Shown one piece after another: positions 39,174 to 47,355 of a stretch of 64,000 nt of DNA. The stretch is taken from assembly GCA_964550955.1 (NCBI GenBank), contig CAZKAF010000001.1:318197-382196 (forward strand). The letters run 5' to 3'. The notes beneath the pieces were generated by a model. The model had not been told where the DNA came from. It made no database searches and was given only the letters and a program-made list of their open reading frames with translations. The stretch comes from an uncultured Candidatus Saccharibacteria bacterium (GTDB lineage: Bacteria > Patescibacteriota > Minisyncoccia > Phycocordibacterales > CAIZLB01). The position numbers and the translations under genes were made by a program. Every line of letters starts with the position of its first letter. The first letter of the stretch is position 1.

Positions 39174-39389
39174 ATGTTGGTCTTTTTTCTGCTATTTCGC
39201 GAAAAGAAAATCGACATGAGTATTTAACGCCTTAAAATATGAGCCGCATGGCGCATTTTAAATATATAAAGCAAGACCGATCGAACCAAAGCATAAATAG
39301 GCTATGGATAACTAGAATCAGTTCAAGACAGGCAAAAGAACTTTATTACTAAACGTAATTGAGTGCTTTTGTCTATTTTGACCTACACA

Positions 39390-39405
39390 GAAGTTTACTT
39401 AAGCC
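39390..39405 (+). repeat. copy 3 of motif
   Basis: GAAGTTTACTTAAGCC, followed at 39414-39440 by a perfect 11-bp hairpin AGACTGTTTTC-atcac-GAAAACAGTCT. Confidence 0.5.
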
Positions 39406-39551
39406 CGAGAGCAGAGACTGTTTTCATCACGAAAACAGTCTGAAACCCAGAGACAAAGTCGGCGCGATTTTGAGGCAATTTTAGGACGGTTTTTGCTTGG
39501 AGTGTTATCCGTCTATTTCCAGCTTCCCAGCTGTTTGAAACTACTTGTAAA

Positions 39552-40175
39552 CTATTTTCCGTGCTTGATTCCATTCCACTTTTCGCGCGGACACTTGTTC
39601 GGCCAATTTCTCCACTCACCGGCATTTCGGTATTTTGGAAACTCCTCCTTTTCAACCCAGTGAAGCTTGTCGTCATCTTTGATATGCATGGTAAATTCTT
39701 TTCCGTTCAGATGATCAATTTCATGCTGAAATATGCGAGCTGTATAACCGGAATATTCTTCCTCGACGACTGCGCCGTCTTCCGCATGCGCGCGCATTTT
39801 TATCTTGTCAGGACGAGAAACGATTCCGCATACTCTGCTTGTTGAAAAGCAGCCTTCGTACCATTCGCCTTCCTCGTCCGATGACCAGATAATTTCAGGA
39901 TTTATATACAATCGCAAATCGCCGACTGTTCCTTTGCCATCCGCGATGACATCGACGAGAATGATTCTCTTTGAAATGCCTATCTGAGGAGCAGCCAAGC
40001 CGACAAGAAGAGGCTTGCCCGCATCTTGCTGCTCGCCCAAAGCAACATCGAACATTTTGCGTATTGAATCCTGAGTTTCCGGCGACGACATGTCTTCGAC
40101 CGGCACCGCATCCGCTACATGGATAAGCACCGGATCGCTCGGCGGAACAAATTTGTCTAGTTTGAGGGCGGCCAT
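39552..40175 (-). CDS. def: peptide deformylase
   Basis: GLAAPQIGISKRI, EGCFS and QHEIDHLNG metal-binding motifs. C-terminal ~35-aa Trp-rich extension. Confidence 0.9.
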   Translation of the reverse strand: MAALKLDKFVPPSDPVLIHVADAVPVEDMSSPETQDSIRKMFDVALGEQQDAGKPLLVGLAAPQIGISKRIILVDVIADGKGTVGDLRLYINPEIIWSSDEEGEWYEGCFSTSRVCGIVSRPDKIKMRAHAEDGAVVEEEYSGYTARIFQHEIDHLNGKEFTMHIKDDDKLHWVEKEEFPKYRNAGEWRNWPNKCPREKWNGIKHGK

Positions 40176-40246
40176 GATTATACAGATTATAGCATTTAAA
40201 TATTGATTTTTAGCAAAAGCATTCTGCGCTATATTTATAATTTTAA

Positions 40247-41428
40247 CTAAATCCCCTTATACACCCTCATGATTCGCAGATGAAGCGCGGTCAATATGAC
40301 GCCTGAAATGATGCCTATGTAAAGGAAGCCCATTTCGTAAGAGAATGCCTGTATCAGCCAGCCGAGCAAGAAGCCGGCGCCGGCAGTCAAGACGCTTTCG
40401 ATCTGGGAACCCAAGGACAGCAGTGTTGCCTTGAATTTGCTTTTGCCCATGATTTTCATTTGATACCCTTCGTCTATTTTGCTCAGACCCCAGTGAATTC
40501 CGCTATTCAATATGAACAATGTCAGAATCACATACGTATTGCCGGCAAGGCCGATGCCGATGATAAGCAGGATGTGCAGCAGGTACTGAAACCGATAGAA
40601 TGAACTGAGCGTGAAATATTTTTCAAATTTGTAGCTGTAAAAAAGAATGAATGACGCCAATGCCCTCCCTATTCCGATAAAGACGCCGAACCACATCACG
40701 GCAACTCCCAATTCGACTTGAAAAGGCGCCCTGAACGCAGACACGCCGAGCAGCGTCGCGCTCATGAGTCCCGAAAAGATCGCGACGGTAAAATAATTTA
40801 TATTCCACGCTTCTTTTACGATCGTCTTAAAATTGGACGCCTGGACTTCCTCTATCTGCACTTGCGTAACTGGGGGCTTTTCAAGAGACAAAACCGCAAT
40901 CAAGCCGACGATGTCGACAATGGCCATGAGCAAAAATGGCACCTTGTAAGAGATTCCGACCAAGAAAGGCACCAGTACCGTAAGGGCTATCGGCACAGCG
41001 AACCCGACTGAGCTTATCTTGCCCATCACGGACGAATATTCGCCGTCACGATTCAGTCCTTTCAAGGTCTCGTGCATGAAAGCGCTTCCGGTTCCGCTGT
41101 TAAACGCCGATCCTATGCTCAATGCCACGGCAGCCATGATGAGCAGGAAAATATTATTCGAAAGCAAGAAGCAGACCGAAGATGCGAGCAGCATGATCCG
41201 GGACACGACCAGCGCCTGCTTGTGGCCTATCTTGTCCGAAACGTAGCCGCTCGGAATCTCGAACAAGAAACTGGCGAAGCTGCCGAATAAAGTTATGGTA
41301 CCGATGACCTGCGGAGTCACTCCGTCGATCGTCAGGTAGTAGGCGCCCAGTATCGCGACAAAGATTCGCTTGTTCGCAACCGACGCGATCGTGAATTTCC
41401 AGATATTGTTTTTTAGGGTGTTGCTCAT
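40247..41428 (-). CDS. MFS transporter
   Basis: 393 aa with about 12 predicted TM helices and a G.....D..GHK-type motif after TM2 (SGYVSDKIGHKQ). Confidence 0.8.
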   Translation of the reverse strand: MSNTLKNNIWKFTIASVANKRIFVAILGAYYLTIDGVTPQVIGTITLFGSFASFLFEIPSGYVSDKIGHKQALVVSRIMLLASSVCFLLSNNIFLLIMAAVALSIGSAFNSGTGSAFMHETLKGLNRDGEYSSVMGKISSVGFAVPIALTVLVPFLVGISYKVPFLLMAIVDIVGLIAVLSLEKPPVTQVQIEEVQASNFKTIVKEAWNINYFTVAIFSGLMSATLLGVSAFRAPFQVELGVAVMWFGVFIGIGRALASFILFYSYKFEKYFTLSSFYRFQYLLHILLIIGIGLAGNTYVILTLFILNSGIHWGLSKIDEGYQMKIMGKSKFKATLLSLGSQIESVLTAGAGFLLGWLIQAFSYEMGFLYIGIISGVILTALHLRIMRVYKGI

Positions 41429-41458
41429 ATTATGGGTTTGCTTGATAATGCCGGCTGT

Positions 41459-42052
41459 CTAAACTTTCTTATAAATAGAAACATGGAATATGCCTGAATA
41501 TTTGCGATATGATTGGACCTTCGCAAGGCTATTCATATTTTGAAATATTTCGTCATACGAACCCGCCAGATGGCAGCCATAGCTCCTTTTGTAAAGACTG
41601 TCCAGCACTTTTTGAATTCGGGCGATTATCTTATATTTTGAAAATCCATGCTGAAAAGAAATTATCGAGCCGTCATGGCGGAGCAGCGCGACTGACTTTT
41701 CCACAATTTCCGATGGATTATCGAAAACGCACAGGCATAAAGGCAAGACAACGGAGTCGTACTCTTCCGCATTTTTCGCGCTCAAAAAGCTTGTCACCTC
41801 GTCTTCGACAAAAATAAATTTTTCAAGCAGGCCCGGCTTGACTATTTGCTTGGAAAAATCCAATCTGGCACCGTTTTTGTCAACGACAGTAACCGAATCT
41901 ATGCTTTCATATTTATAGTAATCAAAGTTGACGCCCAAGCCGGAACAAAACTCCAAGACTGAACCGTGCGCATGCGGAATGCAGCTCTTTCTTAGATTTT
42001 CCAAGTGCGCGGCTCTTTTCTGGTTCTTATACTTTTTTAATAACTTGTTCAT
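41459..42052 (-). CDS. class I SAM-dependent methyltransferase
   Basis: Motif I VLEFCSGLGVN and a downstream acidic motif II. Confidence 0.7.
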   Translation of the reverse strand: MNKLLKKYKNQKRAAHLENLRKSCIPHAHGSVLEFCSGLGVNFDYYKYESIDSVTVVDKNGARLDFSKQIVKPGLLEKFIFVEDEVTSFLSAKNAEEYDSVVLPLCLCVFDNPSEIVEKSVALLRHDGSIISFQHGFSKYKIIARIQKVLDSLYKRSYGCHLAGSYDEIFQNMNSLAKVQSYRKYSGIFHVSIYKKV

Positions 42053-42062
42053 CCTTTTATAA

Positions 42063-42830
42063 TTAATGTCCAGAACGGAGACCGACGCCTCTTCTTAAAT
42101 ACTCCTCCATAAGGGCAATGTCTTCAAAATCTTTTGGCCTGCCGTAATCTTTCTTGAACTTGATAAGCTGATGCAGGCTTAAAAACGGCACGCCGTTGAC
42201 GATCTCGCCTTCTTTCATCAAATCCTTCGCCGTCATCGCCTCGTCTTCGAATCCCAATTCAAGCAGCAATTCGACCCCTTCCTTTTTAAGCCAGCTCTTT
42301 CCGACCTTGCCCGTCCGCGTCCATGGCCGCAATTCCCATCCATTTTCCAGACATTCGTCAAAAAGCTCTTGGGTCACGACGATATCGAGATCGTAAGCCG
42401 GGCGTATGCCTTTTGCCGACATGATTCCGCTTCCGGCAACTACATACTCGCCGATTGGAAAGTTAAGCTTTTCCAATTCCTTAAAGATATCGATCGGGGT
42501 CATTTCTTCCTTAACCCACCTCACGTCAGTCGCATATCCCCCTTTCTCCCCCGGCTTCGCAACCTGAGTCAGATCCTTCTTCTTGCCTCCGAACAGCAGG
42601 AACTCGCCCTCCTCGCCGAGTTTCTCAAGATTTCTCTCGTCCGCATGAAAGCCCGTCCGTTCCAGCAGCTCCCTGGCTGCCGCCTTCGCGGGAAGCTCAT
42701 TTTCTTCTATTTTTCCGGCCGGCAAATCATACTTGCCCGCGCGCAGATAATGATGCATGAGCACCTTGCCATCCTCATCGCTGATTTTTATTTTGACGAA
42801 TTTCCGCATCGCTTTCATTATTTTAATCAA
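42063..42830 (-). CDS. NUDIX domain (paralog 3) fused to a nucleotidyltransferase-like C-terminal domain
   Basis: Nudix box AGKIEENELPAKAAARELLERTGF in the N-terminus. The C-terminal half carries G.G...S..GIR...DLDIVV, resembling a minimal nucleotidyltransferase fold. Confidence 0.5.
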   Translation of the reverse strand: MIKIMKAMRKFVKIKISDEDGKVLMHHYLRAGKYDLPAGKIEENELPAKAAARELLERTGFHADERNLEKLGEEGEFLLFGGKKKDLTQVAKPGEKGGYATDVRWVKEEMTPIDIFKELEKLNFPIGEYVVAGSGIMSAKGIRPAYDLDIVVTQELFDECLENGWELRPWTRTGKVGKSWLKKEGVELLLELGFEDEAMTAKDLMKEGEIVNGVPFLSLHQLIKFKKDYGRPKDFEDIALMEEYLRRGVGLRSGH

Positions 42831-43225
42831 ACGTTTTCATCAAATACTCCGTCAGACTCAGCAGCCACCTCATCCATAAGTTTCATAATTTGGTCACCCT
42901 CTTCTTCAAGTCTTTCAATCAATGCGTATAATTGATCTATTTTATTACCTTCTTGCTCCCATGCAGTCCATTCTTCATCAGAACTCGGCATTTGAGTATA
43001 TTTTACTTTTAGGGCTTCGGCCAACATTTTAGCCTTTTCATAAAGTCCATTAACTATAACCTGTATTTCATTTAAATTCTTTAGACCTTCTTCTTGATCT
43101 GAAATCAGCTTCTCAGTCTTTTCAATCAGAGAACTTAAATGAGCTATTTTCTCTTCTGCCGCGACTATTTGTTTTTCTAAATTGGAATTTTGGTTTTCGT
43201 GATTCATTTGAGCACATTTTAGCAT
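42827..43225 (-). CDS. coiled-coil hypothetical protein
   Basis: 132 aa, Glu/Lys-rich heptad pattern throughout. Confidence 0.45.
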   Translation of the reverse strand: MLKCAQMNHENQNSNLEKQIVAAEEKIAHLSSLIEKTEKLISDQEEGLKNLNEIQVIVNGLYEKAKMLAEALKVKYTQMPSSDEEWTAWEQEGNKIDQLYALIERLEEEGDQIMKLMDEVAAESDGVFDENV

Positions 43226-43281
43226 ACCCTGGACCAGGTGTATCTAAGCTATTCCTGGTCGGACTTGTTCATATTAATACT

Positions 43282-44334
43282 TCAGATCACTCCCGTTTTG
43301 CATACTATTATCTTCGTCTTGAGATATGCGTTGGCGGAAGTCATTGCCTCAATCTCAACCGTCTTTACTATTTGAAATGAGGAATCGCGCGCCACGCTCT
43401 CGAAAACCCCATACTCGCTCGTGTATACTGCAAGCCTGCCGCCAACGCTGAGTTTCCTTTCAGCATACTGCATGAAATTCCGATAAAGTTCTTCTAAATT
43501 TTCTCCTTTGGAAATAGACATGCCGAATGGCAGATCCGATGCGATGACGTCAACCGTGCCAAAATCTGGGTTGTCGCGAATATCAGCCTCTTTGACCTGG
43601 GCTTTTCGTATGAGACCTGCTTCCTTGATGTTCTGAATCGACAAAGAAAGATGCTTTTTGCTATTGTCGAAGCCGATGAGCCGTTCAAGATTCGGATACG
43701 CAAGGCCGGCTTCGATCAATAAAGTTGCACTACCTGAGAATGCATTAAGATATGACTTGGCTTTATCCAATTCGCAAAAAGAATTGAGCGCATGCGCGAC
43801 CGTCGGATCCATGGCGCCGCTCATGTTTTGAACCTTGTAACTTCGCATCGAGAGCGGCCGAGAGGTGATTTGCATGCCAACTTCCCAAACATCTTCAGGC
43901 TTAATGATGTGAATCTTCAGGTCTGCCTCGTCGCTTTCTTTCAGCTTGAAAGCTTCCGCTACGTATGTCGCGAGACTCCGCACCTCAGGCGAATGCGCTC
44001 CGGCGCAAGATATTTTGAAAGTTTTGAACTCTTCGTCGCCTTTATTACCCCCTACGTTTTCGGCCAAAACTACCTCTATTAGATTTCCAAGGATAGATTT
44101 ATTTTTTGAAACGTACGTCGGATTATATCTCGAGCTTTGAACGACAAGATATGCACGTGCAATACTTCTGAGTTTTTTAATGTCAGCCAGAAGATTCCGA
44201 TCAAAAGCTGCGTAAAGAGAATCCGCCTCATGTCTCAAGATGCGCATGCCCTCGATTTTTTTAATCTCATTTAAGACGGCCTCTTGAAGTCCGGTCGCGT
44301 AGGATAGTTTGAGTTCTGGCTGGGTTAGGGTCAT
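43282..44334 (-). CDS. THUMP-domain RNA methyltransferase (Trm14/RlmL-like)
   Basis: N-terminal THUMP-like region, SAM motif I (GSATLLIEAG) and catalytic DLPFG (DPPF-type). Confidence 0.7.
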   Translation of the reverse strand: MTLTQPELKLSYATGLQEAVLNEIKKIEGMRILRHEADSLYAAFDRNLLADIKKLRSIARAYLVVQSSRYNPTYVSKNKSILGNLIEVVLAENVGGNKGDEEFKTFKISCAGAHSPEVRSLATYVAEAFKLKESDEADLKIHIIKPEDVWEVGMQITSRPLSMRSYKVQNMSGAMDPTVAHALNSFCELDKAKSYLNAFSGSATLLIEAGLAYPNLERLIGFDNSKKHLSLSIQNIKEAGLIRKAQVKEADIRDNPDFGTVDVIASDLPFGMSISKGENLEELYRNFMQYAERKLSVGGRLAVYTSEYGVFESVARDSSFQIVKTVEIEAMTSANAYLKTKIIVCKTGVI

Positions 44335-44510
44335 TGGTTTATCTTGCGTTTTTTCAGGTCCTAGCTTTTCATTCTATAAACCTCAACAAAGTGGTTTTTC
44401 CTGCCAGCAGCTTCAAATTTTTGAGCGGCAAATTGTCTGGCTAATTCGATTTGGTTCATACTCTGGACATATTGCAATTCTATCGCATATTAATTGGATT
44501 CTATCATACT

Positions 44511-45008
44511 TTAGACGATACGCTTAAGAGCCTTTTTTATCATCGCATCGCTCCGCTCACCCCAATCAAAATACTGCTTATAATCCAATGGGTCGATGAG
44601 CTTGATTTCAGTAATTTCCCCATCTTCAGCGGCGTCTTTTGTAAAATCCCCGTAAGGTTCAACTATGGCAGCATAGCGAAGTATATACACAATTTCATCC
44701 GTTTCTTCGCTCGCGTATGTCTCATAACCTAGAGGAAACAGCTCAAGAACTTTCATATTTGATTCCTCTTTTATTTCCCTAGCAATACAGCCTTCGAATG
44801 TTTCCCCTTCTTCACGACCACCGCCGGGCATTTCCCAAACATCCCTGCCATGAGCATAACCTAATACTAATTTATCATTATAAAAACACAGCGCTCCCGC
44901 TGCACCTACAGGTAAAGACCGAATGGAGTCGAAAGTATCTAATTCTTCGTATCGTACGCTCCATTTTATACCTGTACGTTTTGATGTGTAAGTAGTGTTT
45001 GTAATCAT
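44511..45008 (-). CDS. NUDIX hydrolase (paralog 4)
   Basis: Nudix box GGGREEGETFEGCIAREIKEESNM. Confidence 0.75.
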   Translation of the reverse strand: MITNTTYTSKRTGIKWSVRYEELDTFDSIRSLPVGAAGALCFYNDKLVLGYAHGRDVWEMPGGGREEGETFEGCIAREIKEESNMKVLELFPLGYETYASEETDEIVYILRYAAIVEPYGDFTKDAAEDGEITEIKLIDPLDYKQYFDWGERSDAMIKKALKRIV

Positions 45009-45088
45009 AATCGTAAACTTGCCCCGCGCTTAATTGGACACGCCGTCTCGAGCCAGAATCATGGTCGACCAAACACCGTTTAGTCCGT

Positions 45089-45922
45089 TTAGGACATTCT
45101 AGCATGCATAAGTTTGATCGTGCTCTTGAAATGGTCGACAAAAAATACCGGTATTTTTAATTCTGAAAACCTCCCAACGCAATATGAATTAATGGCGTCC
45201 GTTGCAATTTGAGTCTGATCAAGGTTGTTCAATTCAATATGACCTACGATGATTCCTTTAGGCGTATTTTGATTAATGACGTACATGAACTGGCTCAATA
45301 TGTACCCGAGATCATCGAGAGTTTCGCCAAGCGCACCGCTGTGATATTCAATAAATACATATTTGTCCTGCAGATGAGTCTTAAGGCCGTTTTGGAGAAG
45401 GATGAATCCTGGAAGATATCCTCCAATGACGTTAACCTCAAAGACGTTGGGCACTTCAGTAGTTCCGGCTGCGTCCAAAACCTTAAGCCTTTCGCAGGTC
45501 GGTTTATTTTCCTTCAAGAAGTCTACAATAAATTGACGGCCTGCTCTTTCCGGCAAGAAATCTTTTACGTACGCTAATCCTTGGCCGTAATAGCATGTTA
45601 CCCCTTTTGTTACTGCAATTGCTGCAAAATGAGTGAAGTCACTAAGGCCATAAAAAATCTTATTCGAACCGACAACCTTGTCCCAATCTATTTTATTCAA
45701 TACTCGAAGACAATCTGAACCCCCTCTAATAAACCAGACGAGGTCAGCGTCGCTATTCAATGCATCATTAAACAAGGTCACCTTTCCATCAAGATTGTCA
45801 GCCCCTGTCGCAAAGTCAAGATAATCAATCTTCTCCTCCACAAGAAAATCAATCGAATCTTTATAAGAGCGATGTTTCTTAAAGTCTGACTCCTGACACA
45901 AATCCACTAGCGCGATTTTCAT
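45089..45922 (-). CDS. LD-carboxypeptidase-like (peptidase S66) protein; AT-rich
   Basis: IRGGSDCLRVL and the GLSDFTHF Ser motif, with a later EYHSG, in the order of S66 catalytic residues. Confidence 0.5.
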   Translation of the reverse strand: MKIALVDLCQESDFKKHRSYKDSIDFLVEEKIDYLDFATGADNLDGKVTLFNDALNSDADLVWFIRGGSDCLRVLNKIDWDKVVGSNKIFYGLSDFTHFAAIAVTKGVTCYYGQGLAYVKDFLPERAGRQFIVDFLKENKPTCERLKVLDAAGTTEVPNVFEVNVIGGYLPGFILLQNGLKTHLQDKYVFIEYHSGALGETLDDLGYILSQFMYVINQNTPKGIIVGHIELNNLDQTQIATDAINSYCVGRFSELKIPVFFVDHFKSTIKLMHARMS

Positions 45923-46000
45923 AAACTAATTGTATCATAAGAAATTCCTAGCCAGATTTACCTCATGCCACGTAGAATATTCGAGCCGGCTTTTCTTGGT

Positions 46001-46017
46001 GGGCCCACAAGGATTCG
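46001..46017. repeat. 17-nt direct repeat of the tRNA-Trp 3' end
   Basis: GGGCCCACAAGGATTCG is identical to 46216-46232 inside tRNA-Trp, 215 bp away. Confidence 0.7.
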
Positions 46018-46214
46018 GTCGTTACACGACCAGTATGCCTTTTAAACAGTCTGTTCGCCTCGTTTATGTACCCAAATAATATCACAACATCACCCCTCGG
46101 CTCGATACTGTGCTCAAAAGCCCTTCTCATCCTTGTCGAAAGCACCCCGTGCTTCCTTGGACCCTTCGATGGAGGTAAAATACCGCCCAATAAATTAGGC
46201 GGTATTTTACTCTG

Positions 46215-46286
46215 CGGGCCCACAAGGATTCGAACCTTGAACCTCGCGTTTGGAGTGCGATGTTTTACCATTGAAACTATGGACCC
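46215..46286 (-). tRNA. tRNA-Trp(CCA)
   Basis: Reverse complement GGGTCCA..TCGCA-CTCCAAA-CGCGA..CAAGG-TTCGAAT-CCTTG-TGGGCCC-G. Discriminator G73; no encoded CCA. Confidence 0.8.
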
Positions 46287-46594
46287 GTTTTAATTTGATT
46301 GTGCTGATACAGGCGTCGGCATTCATCCGAAAGGCTTGCCGGACAGAGAACGCAATTCCGTAACTTGCTGATATTCTCAACGCGCCGCCAACCCAGCAAC
46401 AACGCCAAAATCTATATCAGATACGCAACATACTAATCTAAATCGCCTGAAAACTCAACAAATGACAGGGTGCCAGATTGGAGAGATGACACCCAAATCT
46501 CCGGCGACAACTTGAGAAACCAAAGCAAAAAGCACCTCGTACGTGTGCTTTTTGCAGGAGTAAGGAGTTCTGCGAACAACCAGACAAATACGTC

Positions 46595-46750
46595 TTACTT
46601 TTTAGACTCTGAAAAGTCCACTCTCTTTCGGAGTTTTTTGCTGTATTTCTTTAGTTTGATTTTTCGTTCTACGCCTTTTTTGTTCTTTCGAGTGAAGATC
46701 ACTTCTCCAGTTGGCTTATGTACGATTTTGATGAGTCTATCTTGTGACAT
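46595..46750 (-). CDS. rpmG: 50S ribosomal protein L33 (51 aa; absent from ORF track)
   Basis: MSQDRLIKIVHKPTGEVIFTRKNKKGVERKIKLKKYSKKLRKRVDFSESKK aligns in pattern with L33 ([21 protein letters not shown]...[20 protein letters not shown]). Confidence 0.7.
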   Translation of the reverse strand: MSQDRLIKIVHKPTGEVIFTRKNKKGVERKIKLKKYSKKLRKRVDFSESKK

Positions 46751-46848
46751 GGTTGTATATTATGTTTACATAAAATGCTATTTCTAAGTTGTTCGTCTTT
46801 GACCTTATTTAAGCCTTTGATGAACGCTTCCTTACATTTTACTGGTGT

Positions 46849-46862
46849 GCAGAGCAGGATTC
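46849..46862. repeat. 14-nt direct repeat of the tRNA-Tyr 3' region
   Basis: GCAGAGCAGGATTC is identical to 47014-47027 inside tRNA-Tyr, ~150 bp away. Confidence 0.6.
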
Positions 46863-46985
46863 TCCGACTACGTCGGCAGGTGCTTTTCGATCTCATCTTC
46901 GCTTGATACCAAGCTCGATTCGATAACGAAAAGCCTTTCTCATCCTGCACGAAAGTCATAAATGACTTTCTTATGCTTACCTAAT

Positions 46986-47010
46986 AAAAAGGACATTTGT
47001 CCTTTTTTTG
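46986..47010. terminator. bidirectional rho-independent terminator abutting the tRNA-Tyr 3' end
   Basis: AAAAAGGACAtttGTCCTTTTTTT; the GGACA/TGTCC stem has U-runs on both strands. Confidence 0.5.
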
Positions 47011-47094
47011 TGCGCAGAGCAGGATTCGAACCTGCGAAGCCCAATGGGCGTTTGATTTACAGTCAAATGCGATTGACCACTCCGCCATCTGCGC
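47011..47094 (-). tRNA. tRNA-Tyr(GTA) with a long variable arm
   Basis: Reverse complement GCGCAGA..TTTGA-CTGTAAA-TCAAA..long variable arm..CAGG-TTCGAAT-CCTG-CTCTGCGC-A. Confidence 0.8.
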
Positions 47095-47355
47095 ATGCGT
47101 CTAGCCTGTCTTGCAGGAACCAGCACGTAGAAGTGAATATAACATATATTTCAGAAATTTCCACATTCAGGCGCTATTGACGGCCCTTTGAGCCGTGTAG
47201 TATGGTATTTGCCGGAAAACCAACTGAACCCAAACACGCCCACCCACCCTGCCAATAATCGGCGGGTCCTTGAATGAAAGCGAAGAGCTCCGGAGCGACT
47301 GCCGGGGCTCTTTTTATTTGCATGCCTTGCGAAATCGCCATCAACTGTCTTTATA

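Noticed and set aside
45963-46293. ORFs 45963..46271 (minus) and 46066..46293 (plus) over tRNA-Trp, and 46962..47180 (plus) over tRNA-Tyr
   Set aside because: They overlap tRNA genes and the att-like repeat region and have no coding signal.
46699-46959. 86-aa minus-strand ORF
   Set aside because: It overlaps the rpmG (L33) reading frame in a different frame. The L33 peptide has a clear family signature and this ORF does not.
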